A stretch of DNA of 64,000 nucleotides, taken from contig CAVRBU010000006.1 in assembly GCA_963719315.1 (NCBI GenBank), forward strand, positions 160,001-224,000, read 5' to 3'. Shown here one piece after another: positions 51,082 to 61,366 of the stretch (the stretch's first letter is position 1; the number at the start of each line of letters is the position of its first letter). A program made the translations under genes and the position numbers. This DNA comes from an uncultured Planctomycetota bacterium (GTDB lineage Bacteria; Planctomycetota; Planctomycetia; Pirellulales; Lacipirellulaceae). The notes under the pieces are model-generated. The model had not been told where the DNA came from, did not search any database, and worked only from the letters and a program-made list of their open reading frames with translations.

Positions 51082-52322
51082 ATGATTCAACAGCACGATT
51101 CTTCGATCGCGGGGCGGCGGGTGCTGCTGGTTGGCAAGCTGGCCAGTATGCCGCGCCGCAACGCGGAGCGGATCATTCGCGAGCATGGCGGGGTGCCCGT
51201 CGATGCAACCGGAGACGACGCGGACATAGTTGTCGCCGGCGACGAGGCTGGCGATTTGCGCCGGCAGGGCGCGGAGGGTGAGATCATCTCCGATGTTCTA
51301 CGCGCGCGGATTTCGACCGGTGAGGTCGAGCTGATCGGCGAATCGGCGCTGTGGACCCGGCTAGGGTTGGTCGAATCGGGGCAGGGCGTTGAGCGCCTCT
51401 ACACACCGGCGATGTTGGCCGAATTGGTCCGCGCGCCGATCGCGGCGATACGGCAATGGCATCGGCGGGGGGCGATCGTCGCCAAGCGCGAGGTGCAGCG
51501 ACTTCCGTATTTTGATTTTAAGGAAGTCGGCGTGGCGCGGAAGTTGGCGCAGTTGTTGGACGCCGGTTGCAGTCTGGCGAACGTCAATCGCAAGTTGGAA
51601 AGTTTGGGTCGCTTGCTGCCGGGGATTGAGCGGCCGCTGGCCGATCCGGCGGTGGTGGTCGAGGGTCGGCGGCTGTTCATTCGCCGTGAGGATGGATTGG
51701 CGGAGCCGACGGGGCAGTTGTTGATCGAGTTCGATGCCGCTAAGCCGCCGGCGATGGGTGAAGCGGGAGAGGTGGAGGACGGGCCGACGACGATTTCGAT
51801 GGTGCGGGCCGAGGCGCTGCATAAGCCAAAGGCGCGGGCGCGGGCGCGCATCCGTATGCAGCGGATGATTTGCGGGCGCTGGCCGCAGAACTCGAGGGGA
51901 CGGGGCGTCCGGAGCAGGCGGTGGAGGCGTATCGGGCGGTGCTGTTTTCGGGAGATTCGACGGCTGAGGATCACTTCGCGCTGGCCGAGTTGCTGTATTT
52001 GGGTGGCGACTTGTCGGCGGCGCGGGAGCGGTATTACGTGGCGATCGAGTTGGACGAGGACTTTGTCGAGGCCCGCTCGAACTTGGGCTGCGTGCTCTCC
52101 GAATTGGGCGAATTTGGCCTGGCTGAGGCTGCTTTTCGCGGGGCGCTCGAATATCATCCGGACTACGCGGACGCTCATTATCATTTGGCGCGGCTTTTGG
52201 ATCGGGCGGATCGGGCGACCGAGGCCATGTGTCATTGGCAGTTGTTCATGAGCTTGGCGCCTGCCAGTCCGTGGGCGGATGAGGCGCGGGATCGGATTGG
52301 AAACGACGGAGTGAGTCGGTGA
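51082..52322 (+). CDS. BRCT-like + MerR-HTH + TPR protein (frameshift near 51845)
   Basis: VLLVGKLASMPR…HGG; YTPAMLAEL…IRQW; TPR part in ORF 51870-52322. Confidence 0.75.
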
Positions 52323-52405
52323 GTAGGTGCGTCATTAGACGGCGGTTGTTCGCGAACACAAGTACCCACTCACATACTCACCCACTCACGTACTCACACT
52401 TTTCA

Positions 52406-53728
52406 ATGCGCGAAATTCTTGTCAACTACGAGCCGGTGAATCCAACGACGTGGGCCTACCTCGCGTCGCTGCTGATGATCGCCGTGTATTTCAAGTTCAA
52501 CCGCCTCCTGAGCGTACGGAATTTGGATTTGATCGGGCTGATCGCGTTGGCCCCCGCGCTGCTGATGATCAAGTATGGGCGGGAACACGCGGGCAGTAGC
52601 AGCGTGGAGCACGCGGGATATATTTGGCTGTTTAGCGTCAGTGGATTTTTCATGCTGCGGCTGCTGTTGGATGCGCTGATGGTGCGGCGGCCGCTGCTGG
52701 AACCAAATCTCACGGTTGGCGGGCTGACGTTTCTTGGCGTTTCGCTGTTCGTGTTTCTGATGGCGAATGTGGTGACTGGCAAGCCGGATGCGGCCGACGT
52801 GGCCGGGTCGGAGCGGGCCGCGGATTTGCGCGACCGCGAGCCGTCGCAAGGCGAATTGAATAGTCTGCGCACGCACGGGCCGGGGTTCCCGCTGATTTTC
52901 CTGCTGCCGCAAATCTCGACGCAATCGGTGCTGGGCGAAAAGGGCGAACAGAAGGTGCCCGTCGTCGCGGACGAGACGAACCAAGTCGAGTTGGTTTCTT
53001 ACAAGCATGTCGTAACGGCGCGCGTCGTCGCGATTCTCTCTCAACTTGCGATTGTGCTCGGATTGGTTGTGGTCGGAATTCGCCATTTCGACAATATCAA
53101 GACGGGCATCGCCGCCGCGACGCTTTATTTGTTGTTGCCGTACACTGCAATGTGGACCGGTAGCGTGACGCATGCGCTGCCGGGCGCCCTGCTGGTGTGG
53201 GCAGTCGTTTTCTATCGCTGGCCGATCTTGGCTGGTTCGATGATCGGAATAGCGTTCGGGACGATCTATTACCCGATTTTTCTGTTGCCATTGTGGATAA
53301 GTTTCTACTGGCAGCGCGGTCTGACGCGGTTCTTGATCGGCTTGCTGGCGATGGTCGGAGTCATGATGATCGCGGACGCTTTCGCGTCGGAAACCACCCA
53401 GCAATTCGTGGCCCACTTGCAGCAGATATTCAACCTGGGTCTGCCGGCGACAACGGAACTGTCGGGCGCGTGGGGGCAATTCTGGCGGCCCGTCTATCGA
53501 TTCCCGATCCTGATCGCCCATGTATGTCTGAGTCTCAGCATGGCATTGTGGCCGGCGCAGAAGAATTTGGGGACGTTGATCGCCTATTCGGCCGCGATGA
53601 TGCTGGGCACCCAGTTTTGGCACGCCCACAGCGGCGGATTGGCGCTGGCCTGGTACTTGCCGCTACTGCTCTTGACGACATTTCGGCCCAATCTGGAAGA
53701 CCGCGTAGCGGTGGCAGTCGTACGGTAA
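52406..53728 (+). CDS. Multi-pass membrane protein (GT-C-like fold possible)
   Basis: About 11 hydrophobic helices. Confidence 0.75.
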   Translation: MREILVNYEPVNPTTWAYLASLLMIAVYFKFNRLLSVRNLDLIGLIALAPALLMIKYGREHAGSSSVEHAGYIWLFSVSGFFMLRLLLDALMVRRPLLEPNLTVGGLTFLGVSLFVFLMANVVTGKPDAADVAGSERAADLRDREPSQGELNSLRTHGPGFPLIFLLPQISTQSVLGEKGEQKVPVVADETNQVELVSYKHVVTARVVAILSQLAIVLGLVVVGIRHFDNIKTGIAAATLYLLLPYTAMWTGSVTHALPGALLVWAVVFYRWPILAGSMIGIAFGTIYYPIFLLPLWISFYWQRGLTRFLIGLLAMVGVMMIADAFASETTQQFVAHLQQIFNLGLPATTELSGAWGQFWRPVYRFPILIAHVCLSLSMALWPAQKNLGTLIAYSAAMMLGTQFWHAHSGGLALAWYLPLLLLTTFRPNLEDRVAVAVVR

Positions 53729-53795
53729 ACGAGTACTTGGTACTCAGTGCTGGAGTACTGCGAAGAGGATTCTCTCAACTACGCTTTGCCCCGCG

Positions 53796-55021
53796 TCACT
53801 GATCGCGGCGGATGTCGACGGCGGTGGCTTTGGCTTGGGCCGCGAGCCAGCCGCGCCATTGTCCCTGGTCGTAGTCGAAGCTGGTGCCGCCGGACATAGT
53901 GATGAGCGCATCGAGCACCGCGCGGTTGCGAAAGGCCTGCGTGACGACTTGCGGCCCACTGCCGCCGAAACTGAAGGCGTTGCTGTCTTTGGAAAACGTG
54001 TAGGCGTGCTGGTCGGGGTTGACGTCGCTGACTTTGACGCGATGCTTCGTGATCAGCGCGTCGATCAGCGGCCCGATCGAATCGCGGTCGCGGATTTGGC
54101 CCAGGGCGGCGGCGGCGCGGTTTACGATTTCGTTGTCTTTGTTGCCGAGGCGCGGATGTACGGCGTGGCCAGGCCGGAGCGGCCCGATTTGATGAGGTAT
54201 TCCAAGCACTGGTGGCGGAGATCCTCATCCGGGTCCGTGAGCGAGAGGTTTACCAACGCGTCGACGGCGGCGCGTTGGTTTAAGTGTGAGGCGACTTCGA
54301 TCCATAGCCGTTTGAGATCGGGATCGTTTTCCCGGCGAAGCACGGCGACGACTGCCTCGGCCGCCTGCGGATCGTTGATCGCCAGGATTTCCGCGTGGGC
54401 TTGAGCGGACTTGTCGGGCCTGCGGCCGACGAGCCACTTGCGGAGTTGCTCGATGCGATTCGACCAATCGGCCTGCGTGGCCCGCGACTCCTTCTGCTGC
54501 TGCATGAGTTCGACATGCTGCGGCGTGACGTAGCGGCCTTCGTACAGCACCAGGCCGCGCGAGGTCATCACGTCGTCGCGATTCATCCACTGACCATCTT
54601 TTTGGCGGAAGCCGAGCGCGGCGCGGGCCTCGGCGTGGTTCGGCTCGAGCTCGACGATGCGTTCCAGATGCCGTCGGTAATCGCCGAGCAGTTTATGCTG
54701 ACGACACCATTCGGCCATTTTCAAGTGGTCTTCGACGGTGTCGGGTGATGTGCGGGCGAGCTTCTCGTATTCGGCTTCGGAGTCCGATGTGGTATCGACC
54801 CGCGCGACTTGCGAACGGGGGATCGTCAGGTGGCCGCCAGCGGCCAGGTCGATGACAAACGTCGATTTGTCGGCGTCTTCCGCTTGAACGATCTTACCTT
54901 CGAGCCGGCCGCCGGTGGTGAGTTCGATGACGTCGGCGCGGGCGATTGCAGCGCAACATGCCAAATAATATGCAGGCGCGCAAGCGAATGCCGTTCGTAG
55001 AATTAAGCCGTGGATATGCAT
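53796..55021 (-). CDS. Exported HEAT-repeat protein (frameshift near 54150)
   Basis: Signal peptide, DVIEL..GG..EG, AEWC…L, HEAT repeats split across two ORFs. Confidence 0.75.
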
Positions 55022-55223
55022 GATTAATCTGAAACGGCGGGTACCATGCTCACGACGCGCTGCGGCGTGAACATGCTACGCTGGGAAATCATGCTTACGC
55101 GGCAGCCGCGAAAGCACGGCACCCCGCGTGGCACCCCGCATGGATGCCTACTTTTATTATACTGGCTAATCGAGCCGAAAATCCTCTGTAAATTTAGTCG
55201 TTTTTCCTACTACCGTTGCCCCT

Positions 55224-55734
55224 ATGAGCGAATCTACGAAACAGCACCGGTGCGACTCGCCGAAATCGGTGCGGTGTGCCGTCGTGACGATCAGCGATAC
55301 CCGCACGTTGGAAACCGACCGCGGCGGCGAATTGATCGTGAAATTGCTTGCAGAGGGGGGGCATGAAGTCAACTCGCGGCACATCGTGCGAGATGATCCT
55401 CGCGAGATCGAGCCGATGATCCTGAAGCTGGCCGATCCGGCGGCGACGGACGCCGTGCTGTTGACGGGCGGCACCGGGATCGCGGCCCGCGATCGCACGT
55501 TTGAAACGGTCAGCGGGCTGATAACCAAAGCCATGCCTGGGTATGGCGAGTTGTTTCGGATGCTAAGCTACGCCGATATTGGCCCGGCGGCGATGCTAAG
55601 CCTGCGCGGTTGGCGGCGTGTTGAATAAAGTCGTCGTGCTGACGATGCCCGGCTCGGTGGCGGCCGTGCAACTGGCGATGGAGAAACTCATCGTGCCGGA
55701 GATCGGGCATTTGGTTTATGAGGCGCGGAAGTAA
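55224..55734 (+). CDS. moaB: MoaB/MogA molybdenum cofactor biosynthesis protein (frameshift near 55605)
   Basis: [12 protein letters not shown]…RD.T.E, PGYGE.FR; MPGS..AV in the next frame. Confidence 0.85.
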
Positions 55735-55761
55735 AAAAGTACCGATTGACTATCCCGACCG

Positions 55762-57241
55762 TCATTGTATTGGAGAGGAAGCAGAACCTCGTATCGCCGC
55801 CACTTGCTGCGGGTGGGCGTCTTTTTTGTTGGTGGTATTAGACGGCAGTCTGAACCAGAAGCCTTCCCACTGTCCGGGCTGGCCGAGGAACAGGGCGCGG
55901 AGGTGGCAGACGCTGTCGCTGCCGGGCTCTCGCCAGCGCATCCCGCTGCCTTTGAGCCGTCCTCCCACGACCAGCTTGCACGCGGCTTCCACCGGACCGG
56001 AGCCGATCATCCAACCGCGGGTCAAGTACGTGGGATAGTCCATGCGATGGACGTTGTTCCGCACGTATTGTGCTTGTTGTCGGTAGCACTCCCGCTGGGC
56101 CTCGTTCCAGTCGCTCTGATCGAGCGATTCCCAACTGGCCACGAGCGCTGCTCCTCCTTCGTGCTTGAGCTTGTGACACCAGTCACGTTGTCGTTTGGCA
56201 AAGGCGCCGTCATCGCCCGGGTGAAGCGCACGAGCCAATTCGGCCACGTGCTCACTGGCATGGTAAAAGTCGAGGATCCGCACCGCCAGCGGCGCGTTCT
56301 TCTCGATGAAACGCTCCAAGCAAGGAGCGCCGTCGGTCAGCGCGATCTGTTGCTCGGCGTGGTCCCAGCCGACCTGCGCGGCCTGCCGGCGCCATTGCAG
56401 CCCCAAATCGTCTAAATCATGAAAACCGGCCAAATACCGCACTTGGTGTGGATCTTGGGCTGGTTGTTCCTCGAACGGCGAACGCGCATTGAAGACCATC
56501 GCCACCGCGGCCATCCGCGACTCCGCCGGGCCACCGCCGATGGCCTGCTGCGGCACCCCCGTGTGATCGACGGCCAGGTAGGCGCAGCGCCGACCCTCGG
56601 CATCCCGTTGCCAAAGCCAGTCTTCCTGGGGGCCAAACGTTTGCTTGGCCGCGAGTTTCGCTCCCAAGCGTTGGCCCGCTTCTTCCGTGACGCGCAGCAC
56701 GGTCGACTCCGCCAACCGAATGCCACTCATGCGGACCAAGGCTCGTTCGGCCGCCAAGCCAAAGCTGCTCAGCGTGCCGGCCAGCGACGCCAGTTCCTCC
56801 GCGCCGGGCGTGACGTGCCGCGGGGTGAGGCCCAGCCGCTCGTCCCAGGGCTGCTGGCTCGCGCCGCACTGGCAGCAGTAGTAATAGGTCCGCGTCAAAC
56901 GGATGTCTCCCAGCAGGCTGACCAATCCTTTCGTTCGCCAGTCGATGAACTTCGCGCTGCCGCCGCAGGAGCAGGCTAAGCTAGCTCCCTGATAAGCGCC
57001 CCTTTTTTACACACTCGTTGGTGGCGGTCTCCAGCACGTTCGCTCCCAAATCGAACAACATGTCCCGCAACTCGAACTCGCCGCGGCCCAACAACTCCTC
57101 GGGCTTCTTCGCCGCCATCATCCGCGCCATGTTCTTCAACTGCTGTTCGGCCTGGCCCTTGAGCGACTCGTAAATCCGCTCCGCCGCCGCTTCCTCTTCC
57201 GCTGTCAGGTCCAGTTCCAACGCCTTGATCTGCTTGGCCAT
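55762..57241 (-). CDS. Transposase (ISKra4-like) in two frames joined at an A6G4 run
   Basis: Zn-ribbon Cys; DGA, LDFYHA..H, IGSG.VEAACK…RLK.SGMRW. Confidence 0.9.
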
Positions 57242-57339
57242 CGCTCTGCTCTCCGGTCTTCGAGTTCGAGAATTACCCCCCAATTGTCACAGACCCTTCA
57301 ACAGAGCAGATTTCCCACCAACAATCGAGACGCCTACCC
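55811..57339 (-). mobile_element. ISKra4-like insertion sequence, 1529 bp, 9-bp target duplication
   Basis: Imperfect 25-bp terminal IRs GGGTGGGCGTCTTTTTTGTTGGTGG / CCACCAACAATCGAGACGCCTACCC; ACTTGCTGC on both flanks. Confidence 0.92.
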
Positions 57340-57524
57340 ACTTGCTGCTCATACGTTGCTTTGCCCTTGACGGTGAATGGAATGTCTTGCTGAGCGAGGG
57401 CTTCCAATGCAGCCTCCGGCACTAGATGTTCGCCGGATTGAAGCACTCGACCCGAGAAGCGGCCGATTAGAAATCCCAGCGCTCGCTTTTCAGCTTCGCG
57501 ATCGGGAAAAGAGATGCTTACCAC
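57340..57524 (-). pseudogene. Small hypothetical gene interrupted by the IS (3' end at 55762-55810)
   Basis: …KATYEQQV | AAIRGSASSPIQ* rejoins in frame when the IS and one TSD are removed. Confidence 0.75.
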
Positions 57525-57565
57525 AGTTTCGTCTCCTCGTTACTTCAGTTTATCCGACATACCTT

Positions 57566-57955
57566 TCAAATGCCAGCGCGACTGGTACATGGGAATTGGT
57601 ACGAATTACCTGTAGGACGGACAGGATTGTCCGTCCTACAGCTGGTGGGCGATTGTCTTGCGCTTTCGTCCAGGATTTGTGTGAAGTGTTGTCGCCACTT
57701 GTGTTGCCGCACTTGGCAGATGATGCAGGGAAGGTACACCCTGTAGCCGCATGTGGGGCAGCGTGTGGGGGGCGATGAGGGGACGAGCGGCGAATCGGTT
57801 TCAAGCGGATCTTTTCCGTACAAGCCGCGGCGGCCGCTGGCGATTGCGCTGATCGTGCCGCGGCTCACGTTCAAACGGGCGGCGATCTGGCGCTGCGAGA
57901 GCTCGCCGACGCGGAGCATGCGATCGATCTCGTGGACGAGGGCAGTGGTGAGCAT
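57566..57955 (-). CDS. Small HTH protein with CxxC…CxxC zinc ribbon
   Basis: LSQRQIAARLNVSRGTI; RCPTCG…PCIIC. Confidence 0.75.
   Translation of the reverse strand: MLTTALVHEIDRMLRVGELSQRQIAARLNVSRGTISAIASGRRGLYGKDPLETDSPLVPSSPPTRCPTCGYRVYLPCIICQVRQHKWRQHFTQILDESARQSPTSCRTDNPVRPTGNSYQFPCTSRAGI
57612..57639. repeat. GTAG-type palindrome
   Basis: GTAGGACGGACAGGATTGTCCGTCCTAC. Confidence 0.8.
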
Positions 57956-57985
57956 CTGGATTTGGTTTGCGGATTGAGGGGAAGA

Positions 57986-58222
57986 TTAGTCAGCGGGCCA
58001 GAAGTCGCCGTATTCGGGTTGGGAATCGCGTTCGTCGTCGTCGGCGAGGAAAGCGTCCCAGCACTCGTCGTCGGGGTCGAGTTCATCGAGTTCGTTCGAA
58101 TCTTCGGGTTCGCCATTAGGCACAAACGGGTCGTTATCTGCGGACGATTCGTCGCGGAGGGACTCGTCGTCGGGGTCAATGCGCGGGACTTCGTGGAATG
58201 ATTTCTGCTTGTGGTATTTCAT
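57986..58222 (-). CDS. Small acidic hypothetical protein
   Basis: GAGGA RBS; WDAFLADD…PEYGDFW. Confidence 0.6.
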   Translation of the reverse strand: MKYHKQKSFHEVPRIDPDDESLRDESSADNDPFVPNGEPEDSNELDELDPDDECWDAFLADDDERDSQPEYGDFWPAD

Positions 58223-58669
58223 GATTTTGGTTTCCTCGTCGGAGGTGGGCGGCCAAAAGGCACTGCTATCGAGATGCATTGCCAGCAGCCGCGCAGAAAC
58301 CTAACACAATGCGCGGCCAAATACTATACATGCGTTCACTTGTTCTGTAGGTTTTATGCAAGGGCCGAAAACGCGGGAGTTGCGGGGCCGCCGGAGCGAG
58401 TCGTTCGAGCGAAATGGCTAGCGGAGAAGATTCCCGAGTTAGGCGGCGCCGCAAATGATGGCTGTGCTGCCTGACACCGGTCGAATTGGGCCGTTTAGGC
58501 CGAGTCGAACGCCAGCACGGGAAATCGCTGCAGACGGGAACGCCGGGGTGTCGATTACCGTAAATAAGGCATGGAGTGCCGACTCGGGCGTACGGAGTGC
58601 GCCGCTGACACGTCGGACGCCGCAGCCTGGCCAGTTTGGGCCGGGCTGCTCGCTACAGCGAGGAGTTCC

Positions 58670-58879
58670 ATGCCGTTCTTCTTGATTCCCACTGCGCTTG
58701 GCGCGTGCTTCTTCTTGATCTGGGCATTCATTGGCGGAATGATTTTCCGCGATAGTCAGATGGCCGCGCAGCGCGAACGCGAGTCGGACATCATGGTCTT
58801 GCCGTTGCCGATGCGCCGCGCTGTTGGTCGGCCGAAGATGCGACAGACAAGTACCAAGACGGCGCGTTTCGCTTCGTGA
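58670..58879 (+). CDS. Small single-TM protein
   Basis: GAGGAG RBS; hydrophobic N-terminus. Confidence 0.5.
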   Translation: MPFFLIPTALGACFFLIWAFIGGMIFRDSQMAAQRERESDIMVLPLPMRRAVGRPKMRQTSTKTARFAS

Positions 58880-58898
58880 GTTGACCGCCGATCGAGGC

Positions 58899-58962
58899 GT
58901 AGCCGAACTCGCAAGAGTTCAGCGGCTTTCAATGCGCGCTGAATTCTTGCAAATTCAGCTAC
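58899..58962. repeat. Inverted pair of GAATTC-type GTAG palindromes
   Basis: GTAGCCGAACTCGCAAGAGTTCAGC … GCTGAATTCTTGCAAATTCAGCTAC. Confidence 0.85.
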
Positions 58963-58970
58963 GTGCTTGC

Positions 58971-60440
58971 TTAGGGCGCGACGCGATCGGCCAGTTCATC
59001 GACTGCGTCGCTTAAGAGCGCCGCCATGGCGGGCGCTTGTTGCGACAGCGTGGTTCGCATGTCGGCATTGAGGCGTTGATTCTCGAAGTACGCCTGCTCG
59101 TCTTCGTTGAGGTTGGTATAGGCGACGACTAGCCCCGCGATGCCGAATATCTTGAAATCGGTTTGAGCGGCGAGTTCCTGAAGCGGTTTGATCGCTTTGT
59201 CGTATTCCTGCATATGAAAGTAATGATAGACGAGGCCTTGCTTGGCGAGATTATCGCAGTACGTTCCGGCGGTCGGGAAGTAAGCGATGACGGCCCGCCA
59301 CGCGGCCTCGGTATCGACTTGCTTTGCTTGATACAACTGTGCCCATACATCGGCCTGTTTCGGCGGGCCGAGTTGGGCTCCCGCCAGCAGGGATCGCGGA
59401 CCGATAAGGGCGGCCAGGCCGGCGCCGACGAGCGCGCAGGCGATCATTCCGGCGGCCAGCCAGCGAACGGATGCGCGTTTTGGCCGCACCATCGCCGTTG
59501 TTCTCATCAAGTCGTCGAGGCGAGTCGTGGCGACCGAGCGCTGGTCGGCGGCGCGGAGAATCCGCGACAGCGAAGCGGGATCGAAGGAGGCTGCCCAGCC
59601 CTGTTGTGCGCCTTCGGTGGCCAACGAGTGCACGTCCATCAAGAGTGCGTTCGGGTCGCTGAACCGTTCGGCCGCGCTCTTGGCCATCATTCTTTCGACG
59701 AGCTGGGCGAACCGCGGCGGTACGTCAGGCCGGCGATTCACGAGCGGCGGCGGCGGCTCTTTTAAGTGCTGCACGGCAACCGAGAGCGGCGTGTCGCCCG
59801 TGAACGGGGGCTGGCCGGCCAGCATGTGATAGGCGGTGACGCCGAGCGAATAGATATCGGAGCGCGAATCGAGTTGGCGGCCCTCGATTTGCTCAGGGCT
59901 CATGTACAGCGGCGTGCCCATCGTGACGCCGATCTGGGTGAAGTTGACGCCGCCGTCGCCTTGCACGCGGGCGAGGCCGAAGTCGGCGACTTTCACTTCG
60001 CCGCTGCGGGCCAGCATGATGTTTTCGGGTTTGATGTCGCGATGGACGATGTTTTCGCTGGCGGCCTTGGCGAGCGCGGCGGCCACTTGCCGCACAATGT
60101 CGAGCGCGAGCTGCGGCGCGAGCGAACCGCTGCCGCGGATGACTTCACCCAGATTGCGGCCGGCGACGTACTCCTGCGAGATGTAGTGGACGCCGTCCTC
60201 CTCGCCGACTTCGTAGATCTGCACGATGCCACCGTGCACCAGCGCGGCGGCTGCCCGCGCTTCGTGATGAAAGCGGCGCACATAATTCGGATCGCGGGCG
60301 AGCTCGGCGTTGAGCACTTTGAGCGCGACTTGCCGGCCCAGCGAAAGCTGTTGGGCCAGATAGACCTCGGCCATCGCCCCGCGCCCCAAACGGCGAAGGA
60401 CGAAGAAGTCTTTCAGCTTTTTGCCTACGAGGTCGGACAT
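58971..60440 (-). CDS. Hanks-type Ser/Thr protein kinase with TM and C-terminal helical domain
   Basis: LGRGAM, VALK, HRDIKPEN, DFG, GTPLYMSPE. Confidence 0.96.
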   Translation of the reverse strand: MSDLVGKKLKDFFVLRRLGRGAMAEVYLAQQLSLGRQVALKVLNAELARDPNYVRRFHHEARAAAALVHGGIVQIYEVGEEDGVHYISQEYVAGRNLGEVIRGSGSLAPQLALDIVRQVAAALAKAASENIVHRDIKPENIMLARSGEVKVADFGLARVQGDGGVNFTQIGVTMGTPLYMSPEQIEGRQLDSRSDIYSLGVTAYHMLAGQPPFTGDTPLSVAVQHLKEPPPPLVNRRPDVPPRFAQLVERMMAKSAAERFSDPNALLMDVHSLATEGAQQGWAASFDPASLSRILRAADQRSVATTRLDDLMRTTAMVRPKRASVRWLAAGMIACALVGAGLAALIGPRSLLAGAQLGPPKQADVWAQLYQAKQVDTEAAWRAVIAYFPTAGTYCDNLAKQGLVYHYFHMQEYDKAIKPLQELAAQTDFKIFGIAGLVVAYTNLNEDEQAYFENQRLNADMRTTLSQQAPAMAALLSDAVDELADRVAP

Positions 60441-60584
60441 TAACGGGAGGATGTAGGATGCGGGAAGGAGGATGCAGGGGGTTGTGGCATTCGCCTGATG
60501 TGTGTCGTTCCATAGTATCACGGTATAATGAAGGTGTGGCAACGCGGGAGGTGAAGGCAAAGACGTGCATTTAGGGGTGTCGCT

Positions 60585-60962
60585 ATGAGCTCAAACATTG
60601 CAGAGGCGAGAATCATCAACCGCGGCCGTGGTCCGGAGATCGCGGGTACTCGGATAACCGAGTACGACGTGATGGACTACTACAAGCAGGGTTGGCATCG
60701 GGGCCAGATCGCCGGCCTATTTCGGCTTTCATCGCGCGACATTCAGGCGGCCATAGATTACATCGAGACGCATAAGGAGGAAGTACAGCGGGAATATCAG
60801 AAGATTCTCGACCGGCACCACAATTACGTTTACCCGCCGTGGGTTCAGGAAATCGTGGACGAGTGCCGGGGGCGAACGGATCGTCGATTGGAGGAAATCG
60901 GGCGCGACGAGCGAAGGACGAAAGCAATGCCGACAATCATGGCTGATCAAGTTGGCTCATGA
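60585..60962 (+). CDS. DUF433-family antitoxin-like protein
   Basis: GRGPEIAGTRIT..DV…L…DIQAAIDY. Confidence 0.8.
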   Translation: MSSNIAEARIINRGRGPEIAGTRITEYDVMDYYKQGWHRGQIAGLFRLSSRDIQAAIDYIETHKEEVQREYQKILDRHHNYVYPPWVQEIVDECRGRTDRRLEEIGRDERRTKAMPTIMADQVGS

Positions 60963-61357
60963 GTTGCTTAAAAATCCTTCTGTACGTTTGGGCCTTTCCC
61001 GCCACCTTGCTAGGGTTGGCACTTGTGCCGTTTGTGTTGGTACAGGGTGGAGAGGCCAGGATCGTCGACGGTGTGCTCGAAATTCACGGTGGGATTGTTA
61101 CGAGTCTTCTCCGCCGAGGATTGCCGTGGGTTGGGGGCGGCGCTGCGATGGCGCTGGGGCACGTAGTGCTAGGTCGCGATTCCAGTTGTTTGGAGCAGAG
61201 TCGCGCGCATGAACGAATTCATGTGCGCCAATTCGAACGATGGGGGCCACTACTTATTCCGGCTTATCTGTTGGTAAGCGGATATCTGTATTTGCGCGGC
61301 CGTGACCCCTATCTTGACAATCCGTTTGAGCAAGAAGCATTTAACAACGAAGTGTGA
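60959..61357 (+). CDS. Hypothetical protein with HExxH motif
   Basis: LGHVVLG, AHERIHVRQ, PY.DNPFE.EA. Confidence 0.75.
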   Translation: MSCLKILLYVWAFPATLLGLALVPFVLVQGGEARIVDGVLEIHGGIVTSLLRRGLPWVGGGAAMALGHVVLGRDSSCLEQSRAHERIHVRQFERWGPLLIPAYLLVSGYLYLRGRDPYLDNPFEQEAFNNEV

Positions 61358-61366
61358 GAGTTGCGA

